Assembly: GCA_040954595.2 (NCBI GenBank)
Contig: CM082582.2
Location: 13,118,327-13,182,326 of the forward strand
Source: Balanoglossus misakiensis
Taxonomy: Eukaryota; Animalia; Hemichordata
Direction: 5' to 3'
Length of the DNA stretch: 64,000 nucleotides
Part shown: positions 12,239 through 27,200 of the stretch, in pieces
How the letters are laid out: each line of letters opens with the position of its first letter
How positions within the stretch are numbered: position 1 is the stretch's first letter
Program-made: the position numbers and the translations under genes
The notes under the pieces: model-generated
Databases searched by the model: none
Seen by the model: the letters and a program-made list of their open reading frames with translations, nothing else
What the model was told of the DNA's origin: nothing

Positions 12239-15200
12239 CTATTGGTATTTGATCTTTGTCACTTCAATCATAGTTTCTGGTGACCTGTACAGGAAGATGA
12301 GTTTTGCTGCGAGTTCCTCTTCCAACATGAATTCATTGCTTTCCCGAACCATGAAGATATCTAAACACAGTCGTAGAATACGGTCTGGATTCGGAAGTTC
12401 TTCAAACATGATTCTGTAGGAGATGCCACTGACAAACATCCGTACAAATCTGCCAACCACCAGAACCAGTGAAACATAAAGACCAACAATTCTGGAAACG
12501 ACAACAACATAATTTCTGTTAGATGCTGCATACTGGTGATGACAAAGTGATGTCCTGGGTTACATTTGATTGGAAATCTGATGATGACTTACTGCCATAC
12601 AAATCAATATCCCCACAAAACACAGATCATGGTATAAATTGAACCAACAATTTCAATTTGGGAAACTTAAGTAGGGACACTGAATAAATAAGAACACCTA
12701 CCCATAACTGGTTAGGAATGACAACGCATCCGTGCTTACTCTTGAGTTAAATGAAATGATTGTCAAGTAATCGTGTGGTTCCTTCAGTTTGTCTTCAGGA
12801 AAGATTTCATTTACAGTCCACCATTCTATGGTCGGTTCTTGTGGATCATAAGATACTTGAAGTGATACGTTGCTGAAATCTTCTTCCAAGCCTGTCATAA
12901 ATGACAAATACCCTTCTTTTTAATATATGGTATACCTCATTTTTGTCAGTAATCAGTGTTACAAGTTGTGTCGTGTGAAGACAGAAAGAAATTGGTTAAC
13001 CAAAGGTAGTAAGCAGATTGAATTCACAAGGAAACATAGTATTGGACCCATTTGACTTACCTGGTAAAAGTAATTCAGCAGGCACAACAGAACCTGAGGC
13101 TGGTACAAGTACATATCTTGGAAATAAACGAAGTATTTCACTGTAACGAGATGTAGATTAAATTAAAAATTGGCACATGAAGATGGTATCTGCCCTCAAA
13201 CACAACATGAATATGACACATTATTACTGATGAATGACAATTCTCTGGTTACAGAGCACACAATTTCCTCGAAATGGAAAGCATTGGACTTACACTGGAT
13301 CAGTTGAGTTGCCCTCCAGTATATCAATGAGTTCTTCTCGGATTTCTTGTCTTGACTCATCCAATTTATACTCATAATCATACCTCACAGTCTCCTGCAC
13401 CAGAGTATTTTTCAGATCTCTGTATCAGAAACAGATTATGTTCAGTGATTAGTGAGGAACAGTATACACATTTATTGGCTGTCCAGACTCCAGCCATCTT
13501 GAGTATAGGAAGATTTTCATGTTGAAACTACGGTATCATGTAAACAATAGTTAAAGATACAAAGTCTCTCAGTATTTACTGTAAAACCATGATTATACTG
13601 CAACAATTGAGAAGTAGCTCAGAAAAGTACAAGTATTACCTTGAAAAACTCAGGAAAAACTTGAGAAGTGGTGTTGCAGCTGTGTTATTCAGTACAGCAA
13701 TTAGATCTTGACGACTTGGTGGACTTATTGTCCAAATTGAAGTTGATGCTCCATCTAAACGAGCAACGTAGATGTCTGCAAACTCGTAATTTTTCAAGAA
13801 TGACTGTACAGCCTAGATGGTACAAAGAAAAAGAAAGAAAACATGGACTCTAAATAATACACTAATTTTTGTTTTATTTCACACACACAAGAAATATCCA
13901 CACAAAATCTCCAGCTGTTCAGTATTGTTTGTGAAGTCACCACTGAGTAGACTTACCATATTCTTAGCATCTTTGTAATAGATTGCAAATTCTTCATTAT
14001 ATTCAGTCTCTGTAATTGGATTCAAGTCTCCCTGTTGAGCACTCATCTCATATAGATTCTGTGAGGAACAAAATTATAAAGGACAACATTAATACCTACA
14101 GGTCAAGTGTCCATGATGTCTACTTATAGTTGTGTTGGCCATAATTGTTCTTTACATCATTGCATTTTAAATATATATAAATATATGTCATTTTGTCCTC
14201 TGAATACACACACACATACACACACAATAAAGATTTCATGCTCAACTGACCTCATAGCCATCAATTTGTATGCTCACTGTACAATCAGTTGGAGGATTGG
14301 TAACACTGGTCGAATCAATTATGAGTGAGAAATAAATCAGTGGGAACCAGATGATCAGAATTAAAAGTACAAGAAGAAGCAATCCAACAGAGTACTTGGA
14401 CACCTTGCCTTTCTTCTCACCTCGAGGAGTTGGATAGTCCTGAAATCAATACATATCACTTGCATGTCAATTGTCAATGTGGAGAAACTAATTCATCATA
14501 ACTACTAAATACATAGATTATTTCTACCAGAGTACACAGCCATCGATAAGAGGAGATTTACCCTTTCTCCTTTCCTCCAGCATTTGATTTCATACACAAG
14601 GTTATAGATGTCTTCAATTTTCATCCAGTGGGAGAGAGACAATGTTGTATCTGTCCATGTCCAGTCCATTATGATACGCAATTCCAATAAGAATGGTATC
14701 AAACAGAAGCTGAAATGAATACAGGCAATTGTCAGTATATAATAATAAAGGTATTGGCAATATATGTATTTGAATTGGCCATTCTGCGATGTAGAAGGGA
14801 TTCATGTCTGATTTCTAATGACTTACCCTTTGAAGAGGAAAAGATTGACGTAGTTGTATTTCTTGGTCAGGAAATTACCCAGAATTCTAGTGGGATATCC
14901 AGATCTGATCTGATAGGCTGATAAACCAAAGTATATGCACTTAAAGAAGTACCATAGTTGAGCTGGTGTGTTGTCCACAAACAATCTGTCAAAAACAAAA
15001 AATTGGATGTGTTAGAAAAGAGCAACGAAACCCTAATCTATACTTTTCTTCTTATCGAAAACCATTCTAATATCTTTATCAAAGCACTTGATGAAAAATG
15101 CTGTCAAATGAAATTTGTTTTAGCGAGGGAATTCCTAAACTTTACCTATTGGTGATATACGGCAGGAGGAAGAACAGCCACACATGGGCAGCGATGACCA

Positions 15201-18200
15201 GGACAATCAGGAATATAAACTTGCCCACCACATTCTTGCGTAGATACAGACCTCTGTCTATGACTATCAATGCAAACTGAACCAACCACAACATAACAGA
15301 AGCTAGTGGTAGACGATCTGTCTCAAAAAATACGGTCACATTCTCTTGACGTCCACTTTGCTAAAAAAATAAAAATAAAACCAGAGTTTGAATTTTACAT
15401 ATGATACAGTTTAATAATGAATACCCTGAAAGTGACCTCCAAGGAAATTGACAGTGGTTTCAAGTGACACAAGAAAATAGAAATCTAACACACTGCTCTG
15501 AATTTTAACTTCTCTTTCAACTTACCCCAAATGACCACCAACCAAAAACAGTGATCAGGAAACAGATCAGATCACAGAGGAACATCAAAACATAGACATC
15601 TGTTACTGCACTGTATGTAGTATCAGTCATTTGTTGATAGAATTCTTTGAATGGTTTCAACACTGCAGCAAGCCTATTTGGGAAAAGAAGTAACAAAAAC
15701 AAATGAATGAAAGAATTAATATTTTAAGTTGTATATTTTTCTCAATGTCTTTACACTTGCCACATTTGGGAGCCAACTTTCCTGCTGTGTTGTGTTGTGC
15801 TGTGTCGTGTTGTGTTGTATGTTAGGAATGTGGAATATGTCACATCATACAAAATTTGCCTTGTACTTGGTTAAACATCTCTAATAATGCACAGGTTCAA
15901 TAATAGGATGGACTACGTGCATATCAGAATAATTTGATATTACCCTGACTGCTGAATGACTTCATCCACATCTTCATCTGTTATAGTCCGAGCATCTTCC
16001 TCTGTGAGAGCAACTTCACCGTACTCTAAATAGAGACACACACCACAGTTCACAAGATTACATGAATGATGATTGTTTACAATACAATACTTGAATACAA
16101 TACAATACAATACACAACAATGCAATACATGACAATGCAATACAATAAAAATGCCTGCATTTGAACTTCTACGCTGAGTAGAGGAATTCAGAACACCACG
16201 TCCTACCATACCTCCTTTTTGGCTTGATATTCCCTGTCCATCTGTTTCTGTAATAGACAAATTTTGAGGGTCATCTGCATTGATACTAGCTGTTCCATCT
16301 CTAGGAGTATCTTCTATTTCACCTGCGGTGCTGATGTCCTCTTTGGTCGATGCTTTATCTTCACTGCTTTCTTTGGCACTTCCATCTTTCCACAAACCGT
16401 GTGACTGCAAGACATTTCAAAGATATTCAGTATTACAAATACAGGTCGCAATCGAGACAAAACAATCCACATTCAAAGTCATCTGATCTGTGCATAATAT
16501 ATGTGACCAAAGGTTCCAAGAGTTAATGGTACATGTACATGAATTTGGTCACTGATGCAAATTTACCATAGAAAACTGAGATCTAGCCAATCACAGATTT
16601 TCATTTGGTGCCACCAAATGGTCATTTGAATGAAGACTAAGTCATGTGCCCTTTTAACCATATATTATATGGGCATAAAGTAAACCAGAGTTGATTGCAT
16701 ATTCCTTGAATACCTTGAGAACAGATCTATGAAAGAAGAGTGCCAGCAATATTGCCAAGTCATAGACGGCATAATTGTCTCTACGGTCAATACCAATCAC
16801 TCGCGGCCACCAAAATGGATCTTCCAGATGGTCAATTTCATGTGCTTGAGAGGCCCATGGCCAAAATCCAAATTGAAACAGAAATTTGACCAGTACAACG
16901 ATCTGTGGAAAAATGAAAGTGCATTGAGATTGACATGTAATGGTACAATCTTCAGAAAAACTCAAATCTCAAACTATCTTCCAAATCTCCAAGAGAGGTA
17001 ATCCTATACTCACCTCTGTGTATGAGATTGCACAGATCCAGTATCTCTTAGTTGGTCTAGGCACCGTCAACATTGCCCACAGAAACACCGATATAGGATA
17101 GGGCAGAGACAACAGACTAGATTCCAGTATTTGACTGAGTATCATCAAGAAGTAACAAACCATTTGTGACTGGGAAATGAGGACATACACCAGGGCAAAC
17201 AACAGTCTGACGGGTCTTGACATTTTGCGTTCTCTCTTTTCACCAGTCATATCATCTGTGATGTCTTCACCCACATACTCAAAGTCTTCAGCACTAAAAG
17301 CAAACAAAATAGTTCAATGGTAAAGGATGCAAATGCCTTGAGCCAACAAATGTGCAATTGTTGTAACAGATGATGTTAGTAAAGATAAGTAAGAGAAGCT
17401 TGTGTGAATTACTATTGGAGTTGTCATACAGACTTAAAGCAAGCAGCTCCATTTTGTATTTGATGACCATTTCCCCTTTAATTTTGTTGACAAAGTAGTC
17501 TTGGCAAAGGGTTGGTAGTACAGCTTTGTTTTAGACTTTGCCAGCTAGGAACACTCAAATAAATGCAGATAAACACTGCATGGTTAGTGCCATTGTACAA
17601 TGAATGTGACAACTCTGTTGGACAACAGATCACAAGGCAGGTGTATGGGTGTGTGCTTTCTGTAACATGCTTGACACAACATTCACAGACACATGGATGT
17701 AGAGAATGCATTTTAACGCACATGCCTGATTGAGTGTGCTGATGGGAGTAAGACCAGGCCATGTATGTAACACTTCAGAACCTACCTGTGTGGAGGATGT
17801 AGAGGAGGTATTATGCGTAGTTTTTGTTCCTTCTTAGGAACGATAATATCATCATCACCAGTTCTGAATGGAATTTACAGTTAGAGTGAACAGTGTTGAG
17901 TGACATTTATCAAAACAGACCACACACAAGAATGGCGTCTCGAGCCACAGAATGCGTGTTTTGAAGCACAGACAGAAACAGACAAAACAAGACATTTCCA
18001 CACAATGTGTGCTTTGGAGAACAGACCCAAACAAAGACAGACAAAACAAGGCAAGACAAAAACAGAGACAAGAGCATTGCGAGAACTCTGACAAATGTAT
18101 ACAACTTACAAGACCAAAAATGACAGATGAAGAGATGAAACGAAAGATGACAATTAACACTCCATTCTCTGCAGTTTGTGTTTTATGCCATGAACTGTAC

Positions 18201-21200
18201 TTGGTCCTTCACAATTGGTATAAAGTGAACATTAATGCCTGTGTACATACACTCAACAACATATCCAACACCACACTACAGTAGACTATTGTTGCTTGAG
18301 TATGCAGTATGATCCATATCAAGGCGGTAAGTCACCTTGAAATTATCATATCAGTATCACAGGATTTTGAAAAATGCAAAAGAACAGACTTTGTGTAAGA
18401 CACAATATGGAGTAATTCAAGATGTTGGTTTGCTCTTGTCATTAAGCATCTGAATACTAACCCTGAAAGTGATCTTGATTTGGCATCATCTTCTGATTTC
18501 TCTTTATGCTCTTCATCTTGAGATGCGATCTGCAAATCAGCGCTGTCCCCGTCTTGTCTTCCAGACGTACTTGCCTCATCACGAGGTGCTGTCTCATCTT
18601 CTACTTGCAACAGAATGCTATCTTCATCACCCTGCTGCTGAAGAAAGATAAACAATATCAATACATCCTGAAAATTTAAGCTTGCTTCTTGTTTTAATCC
18701 TTTCACCACTATGGTTCAGTCCAAAACCATTGTTTTGTATGGTAAGGTCGGTTGGACCTCTAAAGAGAGAACTGGGGGTGAAAGGGTTATTCCTGTTCTT
18801 ACCTGTTCTCTACTTTGTCTGTTTTCTGCTCTGTATCGCTTCAGCTGACTTGCCACGTTACGATAGTTGGCAGAGATTGAAAACAGCCATTCAATGATAG
18901 CATCGATAAACCTCAGATAGATCATCCAACCAATAGTTATGGTATTACAGAACTTGTCCCAAAGGGTATCTGAATAACAAACACAAGCCCAATATAAGGA
19001 TTATTAACAGACTATCTTTGTTTGTAATACTAGCATAAGACTGATCTAAATGTCTTTAGAATCCTTCTGTCAGAATGCAAGAGATTGAAAACAATCTACA
19101 GTACCTTCTTTCTTGACTTCTGGCTCCTGTTCTGTTTCCTCCTCCTCCTCTGCCGGAACCACATCACCCGGCTCGGACTGAGCTTTAGATGGTCCTGCAC
19201 CATCTGTTTTGTCATCTACGAATGGTGACATGGGAGGAGTGGGCAGTGATTTTGGAGATGCTGGTGAGGATGGACGGACGGGTGTGGTGGAGTCGAATGT
19301 ATGGTCTGTGAAAAAATGCATGTCTTCATAGCGAATGTAGCCATCTACAAAATGTGCATTAAATGCGCAGAATTCCAAAATAATGAAAATGAATGAAAGG
19401 AGATGATTTGTGCATAAAACAAAAAGAAAGAAGAAAAATCATGAATAAATAATCGAAAAATTATTTGAAAACAAGTGAAATAAGTTCATGCAATATAAAA
19501 CATCTTTTTTTCACCAACAGTCAACCTCTCAATAACAGCAATAGCCAAACATAAATAACGACTGCAGCCAAGAAAAAATAAACATGCTGACACTGGGCAA
19601 AAGCAAACAAAAATGGTTTTAAAATACGAACTTCTGCTGCTGTTTTAAAAACAATTCCTCTTATGCTCATGCATTGGACCATTAAAGATGTGCATATTTT
19701 ACCAATGTCGGTCAGTGTCTGTGTCCAGTCAATATTTGTGTCTGGGCATGGGAGTTAGGGCTAGAGAATTCTAGGACTAGGGCAAGAGAACACTACAAAA
19801 CCTTCTGAATGCTTCAATAAATTGAAACCACAGATGACATAACATCTACTTAAATGCACATCAGTTTGAATCATGGCATACAGGAGTATACACCGATCAT
19901 TTAAGCATTCATATCTTTCAGTAAGTACCCAATGAGGCTTTCCAACATCACGTTTTGTTTCCACTTTTCTACAAATATTTGATAGTGACAAGAAACCATA
20001 TAACTGTAAACTTCCTCGTCTCCTGACTGCAACAATGTTTGTTTCCTATTTCATTTAAATGTTTATATACCTTCACCATATACTTGTCCATCTGCTGGTA
20101 ATGTAGCAATGGTTTGACGCCTCGATCTGTCTATCGGAGTTGCATCGGTTTGTGACATGGAACGTCTGTAAGCCCTGTCTTTCTTGATGGTTTCTTTGGT
20201 TCCTTCTGTGATTGCAGAGTATGCCAACTGAGGAACAAAAAAGATACAGTTCTTATCATAGGAAAACTATTGGAAATGCCCAACTAAAAGAGAATAGGCA
20301 ATGAAATCAGACAGGACACACACACACCACATCACATAGCACTCAGGTACTCTGCAAGGCCCCACCCATACCTGCATAGGTCCTGCTTTACGCGGCGTTT
20401 TGGGTTCCTCTTCTTCTTCTGTCGTACCTTCACTTTCTTCATCACTACTTTCGTCCTGCCAGGCATATTTGTCTCCACTGCGAATTGCTACAACAGATTA
20501 AAAATATTCCAAAATTCAGAACGAAGAAATAAAGTCACTTTACACAATAACAAAAATTTATTTTGTTCCAAGACAATCTTTCTGGGAAGTGCTTCCTGTA
20601 TTACAATATATTTACTTGTCAATCTTGCATAAAACGTGATAACATGAAACATGAATACAAATAATCCATTCATACAACTGCAGCTGTAAATGTAACTGGG
20701 GACAAAACTTGTTATGCTAAACAAGTACTGTTACTTCTGAACCTATGTCCACTCTCTGTGATATTGAATGTCACTGTGATATGCTGTGCTTGGGAATGTA
20801 TGAACGTGACAAGTTATGAATGGTAACAAAATTGCTCCCACTGAAATCAAATGTGATTCAAAAACTTTGTTCAAAGGTCGCCTGTTGTCCTGGTAGATGA
20901 TCGCAGACACTAAGAGGCTTTTTATTTCGAACATTGCGGGTCATTACTTCATACTTGTGCACATCTTATATAATAAGCTACATCGATGCCCAATGTATAA
21001 ACTAATACCAGTGCACAACCTCACCATAGCTAGATTAGGACAACACAAAATGCATCCAAATTAACATCTACGGGAATAATTAAAGAACTGGATTCAAAAG
21101 TGGAAAGACCAGAAAAAAACAAGGCAGGGTTGGGGATTACTCTCTATTTTTCTACTTACGTCCTTTGCTACTGGTTTCCATGAAGTACTGCCGAGCTTCT

Positions 21201-24200
21201 ATTGAAATACCACCACCAAAGACTTAAGTAATATAGCTCTACATGTCATGTTTATTTGGAAATGTTTCTGCATGCAATGATTTTAGTGTGACTGGTTATT
21301 GTGGGGTATTTATGTTCTTTTGGAAGACCAGCAGGAAAAAACAGGATATTCAGGGCCTCAAAGTTATTAGTCACAAGGTTAGTTTGAGTGCTGCAGACTT
21401 CTTGTCTGTGTTTTTTTTAAACTTGATGTCTTCTTCAGAGAAAAAAAATCAGGTGCAGTAGCAGAAAAAAATAATCAAAGTGCTACTAACTCTGCTGTAA
21501 AAGAAAACGCGGTGAATCAGAAGATGAAATGGTTGGTAGAAGAAGAATGAAAGTTGGGGACAGAAAAAAGATGTCAAGTTTGAAAGGTCATCGGAAGAAA
21601 TGAAGACTGGAGTGAAAAGAGGTAGAATTTGGTGCGCCATGAAAAATGAAGAATGAGATTGTCTAGCAGTGATGATGTATCGGTGAAAAATACAGTTCAG
21701 TTGAGATAAAAGGTCAGAACAGAAATTTAAGAAAAACAAGAGAATACAGTACAAGAAAACAAATCTGAAATTTCGTGGTTTGATTCTACTGTGAGGTGTT
21801 CATGATTCATGCTTTGTCTGTTCGCCTAAAACTACACCATGCTCTCTAACATTTCAGAATGCTGATTATTGGAGGCACTACAGGACTGGATGCACAGATA
21901 TGTATCGGCACAGCACTGAGTGACACAGGATGGGGTTTTTGGGGTTACCAACTTGAACCGCTTTCTTTAAGTTTATAATGCATTTCTGTTACTTTTCATT
22001 ACCTTTAGATTTCTCAACAAAAAGGTTCAAGTTGTTCATATATCTTATTTAGGATAATAAAGTGTATGGCATAGCATGTTAAGCTGAGCATTTATACATT
22101 GTATGGCGTTTATTAGTATTTCTTCCTTTCATGCATTCTACAAGAAATTCCTGAAATTACTTTTTTCAGCCATGAAACTTCCCAAAATATTTTGTATAAT
22201 CATTTGAAGCTCTCAACAGTTTAACCACCGTTTTATATCTGTATTTTATCTATATCTACATCTACATGCAAGAATCATTCAAGTAATCATATCATGAAAA
22301 AAAGGCAATTTACAGGAATTTCCAAAAATAGCATGATTTTTACAGCTGAGCACAGAAAGCTTGTCATTCAGGGATAAGCAACTCAATCAATAATTAGATT
22401 TCAAACTTACCCTCCCAGTGATCTCGTGGTTCACATCTATCTTTGTCTCTCAGCTTGGCTTGTTTAGCTTTAACCTTTTCAATTCTGAAATTCATACAAA
22501 CATAGTAAATATACTGCATGTCCTGAAATATCGTTTCTACTTTTTCTCATAGCTTGTCCCATACCATCCTCTTATACAACAATACTTACTTCTTTCTAAT
22601 TTTCGCTAAAGATGCCTCTTCTCGGTCTCTTCGTGTCATGACATCATCAGCGAGCTGTTCTTGGATTATCTCAGCCCCTCTGTTGATGGGAAAATAGCAA
22701 CAAGGTCAACTTTTTAAAAGATCTTGATTGTCTGTAGCCTACGTGGAAAACTTCTTTAGAGATGATCAATCATTACAATTAAGTACACGCCCTTCCAAAT
22801 GATTAATCCTCTTACCACCAGTCCAAACCCATTGTTTTCTATGGTAAGGTAGGACCTCTCTAGAGGGTTAAGACCCCGAAAGCTTTACGGGTAACCCATG
22901 TATGATGGTGGCCAGTACTAACCTGGCAGCCAAGGTATGTTCCTCTTTGACTTCTTCCACGATGTACTGGAAATAGTGACAAGTGAAGATGCGTTTCTGT
23001 ATGAGCAGAAAGATAAAGAGAACACCGTCCCAACTCATACCAGCCTGATCAATAGGGGCTTCACACTCTGTCTGATCTGAACCTAGACAAGATAGAAATC
23101 AACAATGTCTTGTTAATGTTTTGAAAATCGATCAGGTGGAATCGTAACTTGTTCAGATTACATATTAGAATTTACCTGTTTCATAGTAATTTCCTTGCAA
23201 ACACACCAGACTCAGCAACTGTATCAACCAGCAAAACTGTTTGTAAAAATACCGAATGTAGACACATGCCACTACTTGCAAGCAGGCTTTGATGAAAATG
23301 ACAGCCACATTATACATCATCAAAACATTCCACCTAAAAAGTGAGAAAAAGAAAAAACAATAAAACATGGTAGACATCACACATAATATTCAAGTGTTTT
23401 GTAAATTGGGTAGTTTGAGTTATCTCACAAAACATTTCCTGAGTTTATAAAAAGAAACACGCAAATGACATAAAGGCATCTTGGCAGATTAATCAAATGC
23501 TTTTGGAAACCTTACATTAATTCAGACTGTATACAATATAATTGACTAGCTCAAACGATTTTCACATTTATTTTCACATTTCTGCTTTTAATGCAGCTAA
23601 TCTTGGTTTGAATGGATAATCACTAATTCTACTTACGCTTTTAACAGGGTTTGTCTGGGCTTAAGCAGGTAGTCTTGTCCAAACCACATGAAGAAGAAAC
23701 AAAGTCCGAGATAACCCAAACAGAATATGCTGACTAATGATGTGCCAGCCAGGAAGACCATTGCAAGTACCACCCATAGCGTGTAGTTAAAGAAGACATT
23801 CTTCAACAGGTCAAGGTAGGTCCTGGAAAACATGACACTTTGGTTAGAAATCACTGTACGAATGATACCATCAAAACATTCTGGAATACCCATGAAAATG
23901 CAATTCCAACCCTCAATTGGGTCCAATATTTACATGGATAGTCAGTAATGTTACCAACTTCTAGTGATAAAACATCTGTTCCTAGCATGCAAAGGGGATC
24001 TGATCCATGATGCTTATTTTGGAAAATCTCCTATAAAGTGATCCAAGAAGACTTCAAACAGAAAACACGATTCGATGTACAAGCACTTGGATAATTCTGG
24101 AGGATATCTTACTTATTGTACATGAAGTTTGGAACTGGGTTATTCTCTATAGGTCCTTCTTTATCAATCATATCATTGTCTCCACCTCCGTACAAATCTT

Positions 24201-27200
24201 GAATCTTATTTTCCACTCGGAACACTTGCCATTGCAGACAGACGAACAACAACTGGAAGAAGTCGGCTGAAATAGATCATCATATCATTAATAAATAATT
24301 ATTTACACTTATCTGATACTCAATTATATTCTCACACAAGAAGTAGGTAGCAATGTTACAAAATACCTGGGAGAGTTGCCCAAGTAACATATTTCTGACA
24401 AATTTCAGAAAAGTTACTGAAGCCCTTTTGAGTTATTGCTGTCAAGGGCATTTTGTCCAAGAGATTAACAGTTACATCCTGGAATTACAGTGACCATTGT
24501 GAAATATGAGAGTCTTGGGATCAAAATGACAAATGCTTTGTGTCTGCATGACTTGTTTTCCAACTCAAAATATTGATCACCTTACCCATTAGTTTGTTTG
24601 CCTGTGGCGTCTCAATGTAATGAGGAAGATACAACCAGCGTATAAGGTTTGCGCTGAAGTAATCACTCCATGGATATCCTACAAGATGATCAGAAGACTT
24701 TCCATGAATGTGGTGTCATGTGTATGACTAACAAAGTACAACAATCAACCAAGTTACATTGTTTTACTTGATATCAAGACATGAACAATGAATTTCCGTC
24801 AGCCCAATAGAAGCGTACAGTAAGTGTACAAACACCATGACTTACCTATACACAGACCTTCTGGAAGACCAAGGCATATCAGGTAGAGGATTGGAAACAG
24901 TATGGAGAGAAAGCACATATATATAGGCCACACCACGTAGGTAATTCTTCTGAGAAGTAACATTAGAATGCCTAGCCATGTTGCGTAAATCACACCATAG
25001 ACATCCAGTCTTACACAAATTGTGATCACAGTCATTGCAAAGCAAATCTACAAAAAAAAAAAATTCCAAAAGAAAGTGACATTAGGGTACATCATACATC
25101 CATCATGGTTCCAAAAACTTATATGGAAACATTTTGAAAATAAAAAAGGGAAATATGATGCTAATACATCTGATGAACTCTTCATTAACACAGTAGAGAC
25201 AGATTCTTATTACATGTACCTCTAAACCAAACTTGTAAAAGAAATAGTTGATCAGAAACTTTGTCATATGTAACAGTCCATCATCAGCATTTTGTCTGGT
25301 TACGTCATTAAATAAGATTCCTCTCTTGGGTGTTTCTACGTTGTTTGCCCATCGATACTGCTTCTGGTGTAAGTTGACAATAGCCTGGACGATGATGACC
25401 AAAGAGATGCCAATATAGCCCTGTACGAATACATAAACACAATACAACAAATAGCAGATGAGAAGTGTTTCATTTTGGAAAGGAAGACACTGGAATTTAT
25501 CTTCATATATCTGTGCATTTGTCTTGAAATGTTGGCATGAGCTCTTCCATCAGAGATTCAATGTGTTTGACAACTACAACAGGCACTTACCCATGTATAC
25601 TTAGCTATACTATCAGTCTTCTCAAAGCCAACCCAAGTAGCAAGGTTATATGTACCATTCTCCAATGCAATTGGAATATGACCAATGCCAAAACTCTGTG
25701 AACAAATCAACACACAATTATTTTCACATTTATTGCCTACTGTTGCAATCAAACAATCAGACAAACAAAGACATGAAAATATTTAGAATAAATAAAATAT
25801 CTCTTTAATATGCGTTTGCATCCATTCAATTGCACAACCTCTTGTATATACTTACATCACAATTTACATCGAATGCAGTTGCATTGACTAAGTTTAGCTG
25901 AAAGGACATCTTGGACAGGATCACAAGGGAAGTCCAACACATGGCGCAGATGACAAATGCTCCTTGTAACCATGGTATCGGAACAGCAAAGAACATGAAA
26001 AAGATGTACAGGAAATTCAAGGCATTCACCTGAAAATGAAAGAACAGACCAGCCATTAAAATCATACAATTAATTCCACAGATGCAATCGCCTTCATTTC
26101 TTGGATACTTTCACTCAGGATGTCTTCAGCCTACAATAAGCAGGGACTTGCACATTTCAGCTTGGATCCATTGCGAATCTGGTCAAACTGACAATGATGG
26201 CTTGATAATTTGTGATTAGAAACAGCCATGTAGCTAGTAATAGGTTAACGAACTTACTTGGGTGATACAAACAGCTGTAATGGTGATAAATATGATTTTG
26301 ATCATATGTATTTCCAACAGCCTCCATATGATCAGGGTAGTTATATGGTACCAACGCTTCACAGCCTTCCAGAAGGCACTCCAATATTCCTTGGGTGTCT
26401 TGTGTGCTAGTGTATCTGCAAAACAATCACAAGTTTAGGAAAGATTGGTGAATTAATGAGCCACAGTCACGAAGAGACTTTGGACTAACTTGGAGCACAA
26501 CAACAGAGTCACCTGGGATTTCACTAAAAGTAAGATAATGCTACGCATGATATTCCAAGGATTTTGATCTCTTGTAATTACCTCTACTGGCTTTGTCAGG
26601 TTCATCTACTCCTCCTGCGTCTGCTAAGACATAATCTTCTTCTGTTATATCTTCTTTTTCTTCTTTAGTTCTTGCTCGTCTGCAGTAAATCCATCAAACA
26701 GTTACTCCGAATGTCATTTCAATCAATGTTCAGCAACAGTTACAATTTGGGCACTTCACATGCTTTCATTTTTGTGATGTAATGGTACAACCCTCTTTGA
26801 GAAAAAGTATAAAAGTGGAAAAAGAACTTCAAAATGCAAACAATGAATCCTGCTATTTTACCTGTATAACATCATGGTGTCTCCAATGGCACTAATGGTC
26901 AGAAAGGATTTATGGTAGTAATGCAGCTGAATCACAATAATGATCACGAATACGGTTGGAGTCAGCAGTCCAACAAGTAAGCCTGATGTGCCATACTGTT
27001 GTAACCCAATATCTGCCAGTCTGTACAAAATAGAAATAGACTCATTAGGTTTGGAGACAGAGTTACGGTACTCCAGCTGATTAAGATTACTTCATGGCGG
27101 ATGTTTCACAGCAAGCAATGCTAATTTTAGGGAATACTTCAAAAAGTAGCTTGGCCTCCACAACTGGGTGTTTTTGAACAGGAGATTAAAGACAGTTATA

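Noticed and set aside
15785-16147. Partly complementary microsatellites flanking an 82-nt exon as a skipping hairpin
   Set aside because: Pairing in the transcript is mismatched and skipping would shift the frame.
16155-16211. Extension of Piezo exon 16404-16212 to a GC donor at 16155
   Set aside because: In frame, but the canonical GTATGG donor at 16212 gives the same phase, so the weak GC site is not needed.
20743-20790. Possible extra Piezo exon (AYHSDIQYHREWT*)
   Set aside because: It ends in a stop codon in the required phase and has weak splice sites; it cannot be distinguished from chance.
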